A stretch of DNA of 64,000 nt from Ruthenibacterium lactatiformans. Its GTDB lineage: Bacteria > Actinomycetota > Coriobacteriia > Coriobacteriales > QAMH01. The notes beneath the pieces are model-generated. The model worked only from the letters and a program-made list of their open reading frames with translations, had not been told where the DNA came from and ran no database searches. Of this stretch, positions 20,004 to 30,402 are shown one piece after another (position 1 is the first letter of the stretch; every line of letters starts with the position of its first letter). The DNA is taken from positions 3,424 to 67,423 of the forward strand of contig CAVECB010000006.1 in the NCBI GenBank assembly GCA_963614215.1. The letters are read 5' to 3'. The position numbers and the translations under genes are program-made.

Positions 20004-20942
20004 CTAGCGGGGCAGCCCCGGCCCCATGGACAAGGCGCGCTCCGGGCAGGCCTCGACGCATTTCCCGCACACCATACAATCCCCCGCGCACACGCTTTTC
20101 GTCGCGCCCTCTATGGCTGGATCCAAGATCTCGGGGTCGGCGATGCAGGCGCGCTTGCATGCCCCGCACTTGGTACATGCGCAGTGGTCGATGCGCACGC
20201 GCAGCACTCCAACGCGCCCGAGCAGCTCGTAGAAGCCGCCGAGCGGGCACAGGCTGCGGCACCACACACGGTGCCCCCAAAACAGCTCGAGCTGGGCGAT
20301 GGCGAGCAGGGTGATGCCGCCGGCGACACTGCCGAACACGAGGCCTTTGTTGATGAAGCCGATGGGGTTGAACAGCTCGTAGACGGGGATGCTCGCAACG
20401 GCGGAAAGGACGAGAACGCCGGCTGCCACCCCTATCTTCGCGCGACGCGGCAGGCGACGCTCGGACAGATGCTGCCTAGGCGCGATGCGGCGGCGCAGCG
20501 CGTCGAGAGCCTCGAGTAAAAGGTTTACCGGGCACACCCAGCCGCAGAATGCCCGGCCGCGCACGAGGGTAAAGACGATCAGCGGGGGCGCGGCCGCGAG
20601 AAGCCAGCTCGCATCGAAGGTCTTCGATGCGGCGACGACCTGCAGCATGGCGAAGGGGTCGAGCGAAACCACAGGTCCTACGGTCGACGACGACAAGGTT
20701 CCGTACCACGGAAAGCCCGCCGGGGTCGCGACCGCCTCGCCGATCGCCTGTCCTGCAAGGTCAAGCCCAAGCGCGCTCCAGCCGGCCGCGAGCACAGGGG
20801 CGATGAAGAAGAGTAGCGCGAGCACCTGCACGCAATGGCGCACCACGCTCCAACTGCGAAAACGGCGCGCGGCGTGCGGGCGGTGCCCCTCTTTTTCGTG
20901 CATGCCGGCCTGTTCTTTCACCGCCTCGGTCTGCTCCTTCAT
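20004..20942 (-). CDS. napH: NapH-like membrane-bound 4Fe-4S quinol dehydrogenase subunit
   Basis: ORF 20004-20966 has a TTG start. The ATG at 20940-20942 is more likely. TM segments plus CGWVCP and CRSLCP motifs, and two C-terminal CxxCxxCxxxCP ferredoxin motifs. Confidence 0.8.
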   Translation of the reverse strand: MKEQTEAVKEQAGMHEKEGHRPHAARRFRSWSVVRHCVQVLALLFFIAPVLAAGWSALGLDLAGQAIGEAVATPAGFPWYGTLSSSTVGPVVSLDPFAMLQVVAASKTFDASWLLAAAPPLIVFTLVRGRAFCGWVCPVNLLLEALDALRRRIAPRQHLSERRLPRRAKIGVAAGVLVLSAVASIPVYELFNPIGFINKGLVFGSVAGGITLLAIAQLELFWGHRVWCRSLCPLGGFYELLGRVGVLRVRIDHCACTKCGACKRACIADPEILDPAIEGATKSVCAGDCMVCGKCVEACPERALSMGPGLPR

Positions 20943-20958
20943 CGTCTCGGCCTGCCCC

Positions 20959-21201
20959 TCACGCAAGGCTCGGGTCTTCTTCGAAGTTCACGTAGGCCAA
21001 CCCGACACTCAAGACGCCCGCGATTTCTTGGAAGGCCTCGGCCGCCGCAGCAGAGCTGTCCACGGTCTCGGACTCCAGCGTGACGACCACTTTGGTGCCG
21101 ACGACCTCGTGAACCTCGACGCCTTCACGCGCATTCAGGCAAGAGACGACGTCGTCGGTGTCGTCTGCGAAGGTGTCCACCACCAGCCCGGAGATGACCA
21201 T
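20959..21201 (-). CDS. napD: NapD-like chaperone
   Basis: 80 aa, acidic. Directly after napA (2-nt gap). Size, position and sequence are NapD-like. Confidence 0.7.
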   Translation of the reverse strand: MVISGLVVDTFADDTDDVVSCLNAREGVEVHEVVGTKVVVTLESETVDSSAAAAEAFQEIAGVLSVGLAYVNFEEDPSLA

Positions 21202-21202
21202 G

Positions 21203-23806
21203 CTATTTGCCGCTCCCCTCGACCTTCTCGATGCGGACCGCCGTCTTCTTGTAGTCCGGCTCTTTGGAAAGCGGGCAGTACACCTCTTGCTGCGCCATGT
21301 TCACGAGCGTCTCCTCGGCGAAAAACGGCACGTAGCACATGTGCCGCCCCGGCTGCGTGCGCCCGGCGCTCGACACGGTGCACTCGAAGGCACCCCAGCG
21401 GCTCGTCACCTTCACCCTGTCGCCATCCTTGACCCCTATCTCGGCCATATCCTCGGCACACAGGTCCATCAAGGCCTCGGGCAGCGCGTTGTTCAGCTCG
21501 GGCACGCGACGCGTCATCGACCCGGTGTGCCAGTGCTCTAGCAGGCGCCCGGTGACCATATAGAACGGGTACTCGTCGTCGCGCGTCTCGGCCGGCGGCT
21601 CGTAAGGGTGGAAGGTGATGGCCGGCTTGTGGTCTTGGGTCTTGTAAAACGAGATGCCGTCCTTCTTGCCAGCGTCGCCCCATTTCTGCACGTTCCAGGC
21701 ATCGAAGCCGTCCTCTTGGCTGCCCGAGCCGTTAAAGCGCCATTTCGTGGCGCGCCACTTGCCGTCCACCTGCTGAACAGGCCAGGTCAGGCCGTGCTGG
21801 GTGATGTACTCGTCGTAGGGCGCAAGCCGCTTGGCGGTCAGCTTCAGCGGACTCCACCCTTCCTTTTTGTCCAGGTTGTCGTGGATGCGCAGCACACGAT
21901 CGCTGGAGTAGCTGTTCTCGGCTGGGTCGGGATTGGAAAACGTGCGGTACTCGTTCCAGATCTCGCGGCACACGTCGCGCTGGTTGTCGTACTTGAAATC
22001 GCGCGCGTCTTTGTCGTAGAACTTGCCGAAGAGGGCATCGAACGCGTCGGTGTCGCCAATCTTTTCGCCGTCGAGCACGCGCCGGGCCACCTCCATGAGC
22101 ATCCACAGATCCCAGCGGGCATCCCCCGGCGGGTCGATCGCCTTTTCAAACACGGCCGTGCGGCGCTCGCCGTTGCCGAACATGCCCTCGCGCTCGATCC
22201 ACATGGCGGCCGGCAAGACGACGTCGGCGTAGGCGGTCGATATCGTGGGATAGACCTCGGAGACGACGATGAAGGTGTTGAAGATGCCCGTGTGCTGGCC
22301 GTCGCGGCCAAGAAAGCGGTTCAGGTCGGTCATGGACTGGGCCCAGTTGTTGTGGGCCGTCCAGATGAAGTCCATGTTGCCGTTGGACATCTCGCGGAAT
22401 ATCTTCGTCGTGTGAAAGCCCTGCTCGGATATGTCTTCCAGCCAGCCTTCCGGCAGATTCCAGACGGCCTCCGTGTAGCGGCGGTGCTGCGCGTTGGCCA
22501 CGACCAAATCGGCGGGCAGGCGGTGGCTGAAGGTGCCCACCTCGCGGGCCGTACCGCAGGCAGACGGCTGCCCGGTCAGAGAAAACGGCCCGTTGCCCGG
22601 TTTAGCTATCTTGCCCGAGAGCAGATGGCAGTTGTAGAAATTCTGGTTCACCCAGGTGCCGCGGTTGTGCTGGTTTGCCCCCATGGTCCACAGGCTCATG
22701 ATCTTGCAGTTCGGGTCGGCGAAGGCCTCGTAGAGCGCTTTGAGATCCTCGACGGACACGCCCGACAGCGCGCTCGTGTACTCGTAGGTGTAGGGGTCGA
22801 CGAGGCGCTTGAACTCGGCTAAGTCGATGGCGGTGGCATCGCTTGCGGTCTTGCCCTTGTCCGATTTGTCGTAGCTGTCGCGGTTTTCAAAGTCGTTGTT
22901 ACCGATGTCTTCGCGGCCGTGCTTGAAGCAGGCGTGGTCGGCGACAAACTGCTTGTCGTAGGTCTCGTTTTCCAGCAGGTAGCGGCATATGCAGTTGGTG
23001 ATGGCCAAGTCGGTGTTGGGCTCCATGACCATGACCTTGTCGGCGGTCGCGCTTGTGCGGTTTCTCACGGTGGTGAGGTCGTAGTGGCGCACTCCGTCGG
23101 CCTGCTTGCGCGCAGCGATACGGCTGAAGAGCATGGGATGGGCCTCGGCCATGTTCGCACCCCAGGTGATGAACAGGTCGGCGTGGTCGATGTCGGCATA
23201 GCAACCCGCCGGCTCGTCGGTGCCGAAGGTGCTCATGAAGGCAACGACGGCAGAGGCCATGCACAGGCGCGCATTGGGGTCGATGTTGTTGGAGCGCAGT
23301 CCCGCCTTCCAGAACTTGGCGGTGGCATACCCCTCCACGATGGGTTGTTGGCCCGAACCCCAAAACGCGAGGCGGCTCTTGTCGTTTTTCCAAGCCGTGC
23401 GCAGCTTCTCGGCCACGAGGTCGAGCGCCTCGTCCCATTCGGCCTCGCGGTAGACGCTCGCGTCGTTGGAGCCCTTGGTGGAAGGGTTCAGGCGAATCAA
23501 AGGCTTGGTCAGGCGGTCGCTGCCCTTCATGATCTTTGCCAGATAGTAGCCCTTCACGCAGTTCAGACCGCGGTTGGAGTCGTTGTCGGGGTCGCCCGTG
23601 ATGCTGACCACTTTGCCGTTTTGCACCTCGACCAGCACGCCGCAACCGCAGCCGCAGAAACGGCACACGCTGACGTAGGTGGTGACGCTACCCTGGTCTA
23701 TGGACGGGTTTTTCCTAGGGGCGCAGCTTGCCAGCGATCCGGCCGCCGCAGCGCTTGCCGCCGCGATGGCGGTCATCTTGATAAAGTCACGTCTCGAGCA
23801 ATCCAT
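21203..23806 (-). CDS. napA: periplasmic-type nitrate reductase catalytic subunit NapA (molybdopterin, 4Fe-4S), Tat signal with lipobox
   Basis: ATG at 23804-23806 with GAGGAGGA RBS, within ORF 21203-23866. Tat motif SRRDFIK followed by LASC. CRFCGCGCGV Fe-S motif. Long collinear similarity to E. coli NapA, e.g. NRGLNCVKGYYL and NNIDPNARLCMASAV. Confidence 0.9.
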   Translation of the reverse strand: MDCSRRDFIKMTAIAAASAAAAGSLASCAPRKNPSIDQGSVTTYVSVCRFCGCGCGVLVEVQNGKVVSITGDPDNDSNRGLNCVKGYYLAKIMKGSDRLTKPLIRLNPSTKGSNDASVYREAEWDEALDLVAEKLRTAWKNDKSRLAFWGSGQQPIVEGYATAKFWKAGLRSNNIDPNARLCMASAVVAFMSTFGTDEPAGCYADIDHADLFITWGANMAEAHPMLFSRIAARKQADGVRHYDLTTVRNRTSATADKVMVMEPNTDLAITNCICRYLLENETYDKQFVADHACFKHGREDIGNNDFENRDSYDKSDKGKTASDATAIDLAEFKRLVDPYTYEYTSALSGVSVEDLKALYEAFADPNCKIMSLWTMGANQHNRGTWVNQNFYNCHLLSGKIAKPGNGPFSLTGQPSACGTAREVGTFSHRLPADLVVANAQHRRYTEAVWNLPEGWLEDISEQGFHTTKIFREMSNGNMDFIWTAHNNWAQSMTDLNRFLGRDGQHTGIFNTFIVVSEVYPTISTAYADVVLPAAMWIEREGMFGNGERRTAVFEKAIDPPGDARWDLWMLMEVARRVLDGEKIGDTDAFDALFGKFYDKDARDFKYDNQRDVCREIWNEYRTFSNPDPAENSYSSDRVLRIHDNLDKKEGWSPLKLTAKRLAPYDEYITQHGLTWPVQQVDGKWRATKWRFNGSGSQEDGFDAWNVQKWGDAGKKDGISFYKTQDHKPAITFHPYEPPAETRDDEYPFYMVTGRLLEHWHTGSMTRRVPELNNALPEALMDLCAEDMAEIGVKDGDRVKVTSRWGAFECTVSSAGRTQPGRHMCYVPFFAEETLVNMAQQEVYCPLSKEPDYKKTAVRIEKVEGSGK

Positions 23807-23862
23807 CGTTTCCTCCTCGCGTTTTCTTGCCTCCCGCGCATCCGCGGACGCAAGAAAAACCC

Positions 23863-24468
23863 TCATTTCCCCTTCTTCTCCTGCTCTGCGATGCTCACGA
23901 CGCGCATGGCCACCTTCGGCTCACGCACGACGCAGCGCTGCACGCACAGGCCGCAGCCCGTGCAGGCGTCTTTGTTGATGGTCGGGATGAACTTCGCGTG
24001 TATGGCGTCGTTTTCCATCGCGCGGTACTCGATGGAAATGGCCTCGTCTATGAGCGGGCAGACGCGATAGCACACCTCGCAGCGCATGCCCTTGAAGGCA
24101 ATGCAGGTGTTTTCGTTAATTTTCACGTAGCCCATGTCCACGTCGTGTTTTTCGGCCACATCGCGAAGGGCGCCGGTGGGGCACGCCGCGACGCAGGGAA
24201 AATCGGGGCACAGGCGGCAGGCGCGCGACTCCGGCTCCAGCATGGGCGTACCCACGGCCGCCCCCGCATCCGCACCGGCCGCGCGAATTGCCTTGTAGGG
24301 GCAGGCTTCGATGCATTTGCCGCACTTGACGCAGCGAGCCATGAAGTCGCGCTCGCCGCACGAACCGGGAGGACGCACGAGAGACGAAGCACCGGCCGCG
24401 AACGCATAGGCGCCTTCGAGCGCGACAGCGCCGGCCGCAATGCCCGCTATGAGCTTGGCAAAGCCCAC
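23863..24468 (-). CDS. napG: NapG-like 4x[4Fe-4S] ferredoxin subunit
   Basis: 201 aa. GTG start with GGGAGGGGGAG RBS. Four Cys clusters: CVKCGKCIEACP, CRLCPDFPCVAACP, CEVCYRVCP, CTGCGLCVQRC. Confidence 0.8.
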   Translation of the reverse strand: MGFAKLIAGIAAGAVALEGAYAFAAGASSLVRPPGSCGERDFMARCVKCGKCIEACPYKAIRAAGADAGAAVGTPMLEPESRACRLCPDFPCVAACPTGALRDVAEKHDVDMGYVKINENTCIAFKGMRCEVCYRVCPLIDEAISIEYRAMENDAIHAKFIPTINKDACTGCGLCVQRCVVREPKVAMRVVSIAEQEKKGK

Positions 24469-24498
24469 GTCTCCCCCTCCCTTTGGCGCGTCGGCATC

Positions 24499-25320
24499 CT
24501 AGTCTTGGTTGTCGTAGGCCCCATACATCGTCTCGAGCTTCTTGGAATCCGCCTCGGACAGCCAGCCGGCGGGAAGGTCTTTGAGAGAATCGCTGTGGCA
24601 ACTCGTACACACGAGCACAGACGAGCGATGCGATTTGTGGCAATCGGTGCAGGTGTATTGGAAGTGGTGCCAGGAGTGCGGGTTGCGCGTCATGTCCGCA
24701 GTCTTTTCCGTCAACTCGCTTTTCGTCATGTTGTGGCAGCTCTCGTTTAGGCAAAACTCGGTGCTGTCGTCATAGTTTTCGTAGGCCGTCAGATTGTCGA
24801 GGTTGCGCTCGGAAAGCGGCGCCACGTAGTCGCCGGTGACGGTGCGGGCGGCTTCGGTAATCTGCTCGGCCATGACCGGCTTGTGGCAGCCGGTGCAGGT
24901 GATGTTGGCATCGACGCGGTGAACGGCGGCCAGCATGCCGGAGGCATCGGAGACCTCGTTGCCCCACTTGTCCACGGCGGGCTGGCCAGGCGTCGCCTCG
25001 TAGGTGGGCACATAGCCGTCCATGGATGCGTGACAGACGGCACCGCAAAACCCTGGGGTCTCGTGCCAGGCGTAGAGGCCGGCTCCCGCCGCGCCGAAAA
25101 CGACGACGAGAATAGCAACGCTGACCTGCCAGCGCTTCAGCGGACCTGCTTTTTTGTTTCCCCAGCGGCGCAGCCTCGAGTCGCGCTTCTTCTTTTCTGT
25201 GCCGTCGGCCGCTGCGGCCTTTGTGGTCTCGTCGGCTTTGCCAGCCGCGACCCCCTCGACGCTTTCGACGTCCTTGGCGGTCTTGGTCCTTTCGGCTGCC
25301 TTGCTCTTCTCTTCGTCCAT
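24499..25320 (-). CDS. membrane-anchored multihaem cytochrome c (NapC/NirT-like role)
   Basis: ATG at 25318-25320 (MDEEKSK...) within ORF 24499-25440. One TM (VSVAILVVVFGAAGAGLYAW). Five haem-binding motifs: CGAVCH, CTGCH, CLNESCH, CTDCH, CTSCH. Confidence 0.75.
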   Translation of the reverse strand: MDEEKSKAAERTKTAKDVESVEGVAAGKADETTKAAAADGTEKKKRDSRLRRWGNKKAGPLKRWQVSVAILVVVFGAAGAGLYAWHETPGFCGAVCHASMDGYVPTYEATPGQPAVDKWGNEVSDASGMLAAVHRVDANITCTGCHKPVMAEQITEAARTVTGDYVAPLSERNLDNLTAYENYDDSTEFCLNESCHNMTKSELTEKTADMTRNPHSWHHFQYTCTDCHKSHRSSVLVCTSCHSDSLKDLPAGWLSEADSKKLETMYGAYDNQD

Positions 25321-25511
25321 GACAGGCTCCGTCCCCGAAAAGAAGAGCGACCCGCAGGTGTGTTTCGCGAGCCGCTCTAAATCTCCCTGCGGAGCCGATG
25401 GTAGCGTGCACATGCCGCGGAAAACCCGCGGGGCATGCAAGTCTAGGGTAAAACCCTCATGTCGGGGCTGCCCCTTTCACCGAAAGTCCCTTGGAGCCTT
25501 TCCAACTTGCG

Positions 25512-26726
<1,215 letters not shown>

Positions 26727-26745
26727 TTCCGTACTTCCTCGCTTT

Positions 26746-27171
26746 CTACTTTTTTCTGCGCGCCGAGATCTCTTTCTCGACGTTTTTTCCGTCTTCTTCT
26801 GACGCCGCGGCGACGAATATGGTGTCGTCGCCGGCGATGGTTCCCAATACGCCGTCCAGTCCGGCCGCGTCGATGGCCGCCGCGACACTCATGGCCGCGC
26901 CCGGCTCCGTCTTCACCACCACCTGGTTGCCCGCGCGAGCCACGTCGTGCACGAGGGTGCGCACCATCTGCGAGAGGCGCAGGTCCTCGGGCAGCACGTA
27001 GGCGCCGTCTTCCTTGCGCAGATCCATCTCGGCGATATCACGCGAGACGGTGGCCTGCGCGACGTCGAAGCCGCGCTTGCTCAGCGCGTCGGCGAGCTCG
27101 TTTTGCGTGCCCACCGAACAGGCGCGCACGATCTCGCGTATGGCTTTGTGCCTGTCGCCCCTCACGCCCAT
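26746..27171 (-). CDS. argR: arginine repressor
   Basis: ATG at 27169-27171 (MGVRGDRHKAIREIV...). wHTH ...TQNELADALSKRGFDVAQATVSRDI... C-terminal GTIAGDDTIFV oligomerisation/arginine-binding motif. Confidence 0.9.
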   Translation of the reverse strand: MGVRGDRHKAIREIVRACSVGTQNELADALSKRGFDVAQATVSRDIAEMDLRKEDGAYVLPEDLRLSQMVRTLVHDVARAGNQVVVKTEPGAAMSVAAAIDAAGLDGVLGTIAGDDTIFVAAASEEDGKNVEKEISARRKK

Positions 27172-27181
27172 GCGCGCGTCC

Positions 27182-28129
27182 TCATGCCACGCCCAGCACG
27201 CACGACAGCAGCGCTTTTTGGGCGTGCAAGCGGTTTTCGGCCTCGTCAAAGACCACCGACGCCGGCCCGTCTATGACCTCGTCGGCCACCTCCTCGCCGC
27301 GATGTGCGGGCAGGCAGTGCATGAAGATGGCGTCCGGCGCGGCACGGCGCATGGCCGCCTCGTCTATCTGAAAGCCCTCGAAGGCCGCCAGGCGTGCGTC
27401 GTGCTCGGCCTCGTCGCCCATGGACGTCCACGTGTCCGTGACTACCACATCGGCTCCATCAAGCGCCGACAGGTCGTCGAAGAAACGCAGCGAGCCGCCC
27501 GTCTTGCGGCAACGAGCCGCGCTCTCGGCCGCGACGCGCTCGTTCCACCAATACCCCGCCGGGCAGCCGATGGCCACGTCCATCTTGGCCAGCGGCGCAA
27601 GCTCCATGTAGGTGTTGGCCATGTTGTTGCCATCGCCCACATAGGCAAGCTTCAGCCCCTCTAGGCGCCCCTTGTGCTCGAGTATGGTCAGCGCGTCGGC
27701 CAGGCCCTGGCAGGGGTGGAAATCGTCGGTTAAGGCGTTGATCACGGGCACTTCGGCCCAATGCGCCACCTCGGCGACCTTGGACTGCTTGAAGGTGCGC
27801 AAGACGATGGCGTCCACAAAGCGCTCCAGCACGAGCGTGGTGTCGTGGACTGTCTCGCCGCGCGAAAATGCCGAGCGCTCATCACTCATCACGATGGGTT
27901 GCGCCCCCAAGCGCGCGACCCCCACCTCGAAGCTCGTGCGCGTGCGCAAGCTGGGCTTTTCCATGATGATGGCGACAGCCTTGCCCGCGCAGGTGCTCTC
28001 GCGGGCGCCCGTTTTCCAGGCGCGCTTTTGGCGTGCGGCCGTCTCGATGACAAACGAGAACTCCTCGCTCGTCAGGTCCGCCAGGCGCAAAAGATCGCGT
28101 CCGGCCAGGGTGTTCTCGCTCATCTGCAT
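27182..28129 (-). CDS. argF: ornithine carbamoyltransferase
   Basis: Start MQMSENT (ATG 28127-28129; the alternative ATG at 28121-28123 overlaps the argD stop). Motifs SLRTRTSFE, HPCQ, HCLP. Confidence 0.92.
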   Translation of the reverse strand: MQMSENTLAGRDLLRLADLTSEEFSFVIETAARQKRAWKTGARESTCAGKAVAIIMEKPSLRTRTSFEVGVARLGAQPIVMSDERSAFSRGETVHDTTLVLERFVDAIVLRTFKQSKVAEVAHWAEVPVINALTDDFHPCQGLADALTILEHKGRLEGLKLAYVGDGNNMANTYMELAPLAKMDVAIGCPAGYWWNERVAAESAARCRKTGGSLRFFDDLSALDGADVVVTDTWTSMGDEAEHDARLAAFEGFQIDEAAMRRAAPDAIFMHCLPAHRGEEVADEVIDGPASVVFDEAENRLHAQKALLSCVLGVA

Positions 28130-29397
28130 GCCTCCTCGTAGCACTTGGGAAGTTTGTCCACCAGCTCGTCGACGTCGGTGCGCTCGATGACCAGCGGCGG
28201 CAAGAAGCGTAGCACGTCGTCTGCGGGCGCGTTGAAGACAAGGCCGCAGTCTAGCCCGGCGCGCACGAGGGCATGGGAGAGCGGCGCGTCGATGCTTGCC
28301 CCCACCATGAGACCGGCGCCACGCACCTGCGTGACGAAGGGCAGGGCGGCCAAGCGCTCGGACAGGTAAGCGCCCACGTCGGCCACGTGCGCGCAAAAGC
28401 CCGGCTCGCACATGATCTGCGTCGTGGCATCGGCGGCGGCCACGGCAAGGGCAGAGCCGCCGAAAGTCGAGCCGTGCATGCCGGGCTGCAAAAGCTCGCC
28501 CAACTCGCCGCGCGCGGAAAACGCCCCCATGGGCACGCCGTTGGCGATGCCCTTTGCCATGGTCACCACGTCGGGGACGACGCCGAAGCGCTGGAAACAA
28601 AACGGAGAACCCGTGCGGGCAAGGCCTGTCTGCACCTCGTCGAATATGAGCAGCATGCCGCGCTCTTCGGTGAGGCGACGGGCGGCTTGCACGTACTCGC
28701 GCGTACACGGCCACACCCCCGATTCGCCCTGTATGGGCTCGAGCAACAGCGCCGCCGGCCGCGTGCCGTCCACCTCGGCGTCAAGGGCCGCCTCTAGGGC
28801 GTCGACGTCGTTTAGGGGCACGTGCGAAAAACCCGGCGGCAGAGGCGCGAAGGGGTCTTGGAAGCGGTCTTGGGCTGTGGCGGCAAGCGTCGCAAGCGTG
28901 CGCCCGTGAAAGGAGCGCTTTGCCGTGACGATGCCCCAGGCACCGTCCAGGCGCTCCTTGCCCCAGCGCCGCGCAAGCTTGACGGCGCCCTCGTTGGCCT
29001 CGGCGCCGGAGTTCGCGAAAAAGGTCTTCCACTGCCCGCCTGCCGCGCAACCCGGGCTGGCCTCTTCACCACCCACTTCACCACCTGCATTGGGCGCAAC
29101 CCCTGCCTCGCCTGCCAGCATCTTCGAGAGGCGCTCGGCCAGCTGCCCACGTTTTTCGATGTAGAAGTAGTTGCTCACGTGCACGAGCTTTTCTGCCTGC
29201 TCGACGATGGCGGCCGTCACGCGCGGGTTGCAATGCCCCACCGACACCACCGCGATGCCGGCGAGGAAATCGAGGTACTCCTTGCCCGCATCATCGAAAA
29301 GCCGCGTCATCTCGCCGCGCACAAACTGCACGTCCTCGCGCCCGTAGGCGTGCATGAGGTAGCGCGCCTCGAGCTCTTTTTCTTGCGCCAAGCCCAT
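28120..29397 (-). CDS. argD: acetylornithine aminotransferase
   Basis: 425 aa, class-III aminotransferase pattern (LLIFDEVQTGLARTG, TMAKGIANG). Confidence 0.92.
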   Translation of the reverse strand: MGLAQEKELEARYLMHAYGREDVQFVRGEMTRLFDDAGKEYLDFLAGIAVVSVGHCNPRVTAAIVEQAEKLVHVSNYFYIEKRGQLAERLSKMLAGEAGVAPNAGGEVGGEEASPGCAAGGQWKTFFANSGAEANEGAVKLARRWGKERLDGAWGIVTAKRSFHGRTLATLAATAQDRFQDPFAPLPPGFSHVPLNDVDALEAALDAEVDGTRPAALLLEPIQGESGVWPCTREYVQAARRLTEERGMLLIFDEVQTGLARTGSPFCFQRFGVVPDVVTMAKGIANGVPMGAFSARGELGELLQPGMHGSTFGGSALAVAAADATTQIMCEPGFCAHVADVGAYLSERLAALPFVTQVRGAGLMVGASIDAPLSHALVRAGLDCGLVFNAPADDVLRFLPPLVIERTDVDELVDKLPKCYEEACR

Positions 29398-29400
29398 CTC

Positions 29401-30381
29401 CTACTCCTTCCTGCCGATGGTCTGGATGGCCGCGTCGAGCTTGCTTGCGAAATTGCTGACCGGCGCCTCGACGAAATCCGGGTCGACCGAATCGTCGTCG
29501 CCGCGGCGTATGAGCGTGCCCACACCCTCGTCGGTGAATATCTCCAGCACCAGCGCGTGCGGCATCGTGCCGTTGATGATGTGCGCTTTCGCCACACCGG
29601 CCGATAGCGCCGTCACGCAGGCGTTTATCTTGGGAATCATGCCAGACGACATGGTGCCGCCCTCCACCAAATCGACCGCCTCGGATAGCGCCATGCGCGA
29701 GACGAGCGTGGATTTGTCGTCGAAATCGGTGTAGAGGCCATCCACGTCGGTGATGAAGACAATTTTTTGCGCCCCGATGCTTGCGGCCAACTCGCCTGCC
29801 ACCGTGTCGGCGTTGATGTTGTAGTCGCCGTCAGCACCGTAGCCCACCGTCGCGATGACGGGAATGTAGTCGGCGGCGAGCAAGTCTTCGACCAGGCAGG
29901 TGTTCACGGTCTCGACGCGCCCTACGCGCCCGAGCACATCGGCGTCAAGCGGGCTTGCCTGGATGATCTTCGCGTCCGCACCGTTGAGCCCCACGGCGAT
30001 GGCTCCGTGCTTGTTCACGGCGGCGACGAGCTCTTGGTTCACCTGCCCCACAAGCGTCATCTTCACCACCTCCATCGTGGCCTCGTCGGTGACGCGCTGG
30101 CCGCCCTCGAAGCGGGTGGGGATGTCGAGGCGCGAGAGCATGCCGTTGATGGCCGGCCCTCCGCCGTGCACGATGATGGGGTTGGCGCCCATGAGCTTGA
30201 GCAAGATGATGTCGTCGACCACCGCGTCGCGCAAAGGACCTGATTGCATGGCCGCGCCGCCGTATTTGATTACGACCGTCTTGCCCGTGATGTCTTCAAT
30301 CCAGGGCAGCGCCTCGATCAAGACCTTCGCGCGCGCCTCCCTGGAAAGCGCGGCCTGCTGCGTCTGCTCGCGAAACTTCAT
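29401..30381 (-). CDS. argB: acetylglutamate kinase
   Basis: 326 aa with VVIKYGGAAM and HGGGP motifs. Confidence 0.95.
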   Translation of the reverse strand: MKFREQTQQAALSREARAKVLIEALPWIEDITGKTVVIKYGGAAMQSGPLRDAVVDDIILLKLMGANPIIVHGGGPAINGMLSRLDIPTRFEGGQRVTDEATMEVVKMTLVGQVNQELVAAVNKHGAIAVGLNGADAKIIQASPLDADVLGRVGRVETVNTCLVEDLLAADYIPVIATVGYGADGDYNINADTVAGELAASIGAQKIVFITDVDGLYTDFDDKSTLVSRMALSEAVDLVEGGTMSSGMIPKINACVTALSAGVAKAHIINGTMPHALVLEIFTDEGVGTLIRRGDDDSVDPDFVEAPVSNFASKLDAAIQTIGRKE

Positions 30382-30402
30382 GCGTGTGCGCCCTCCTCTT
30401 TT

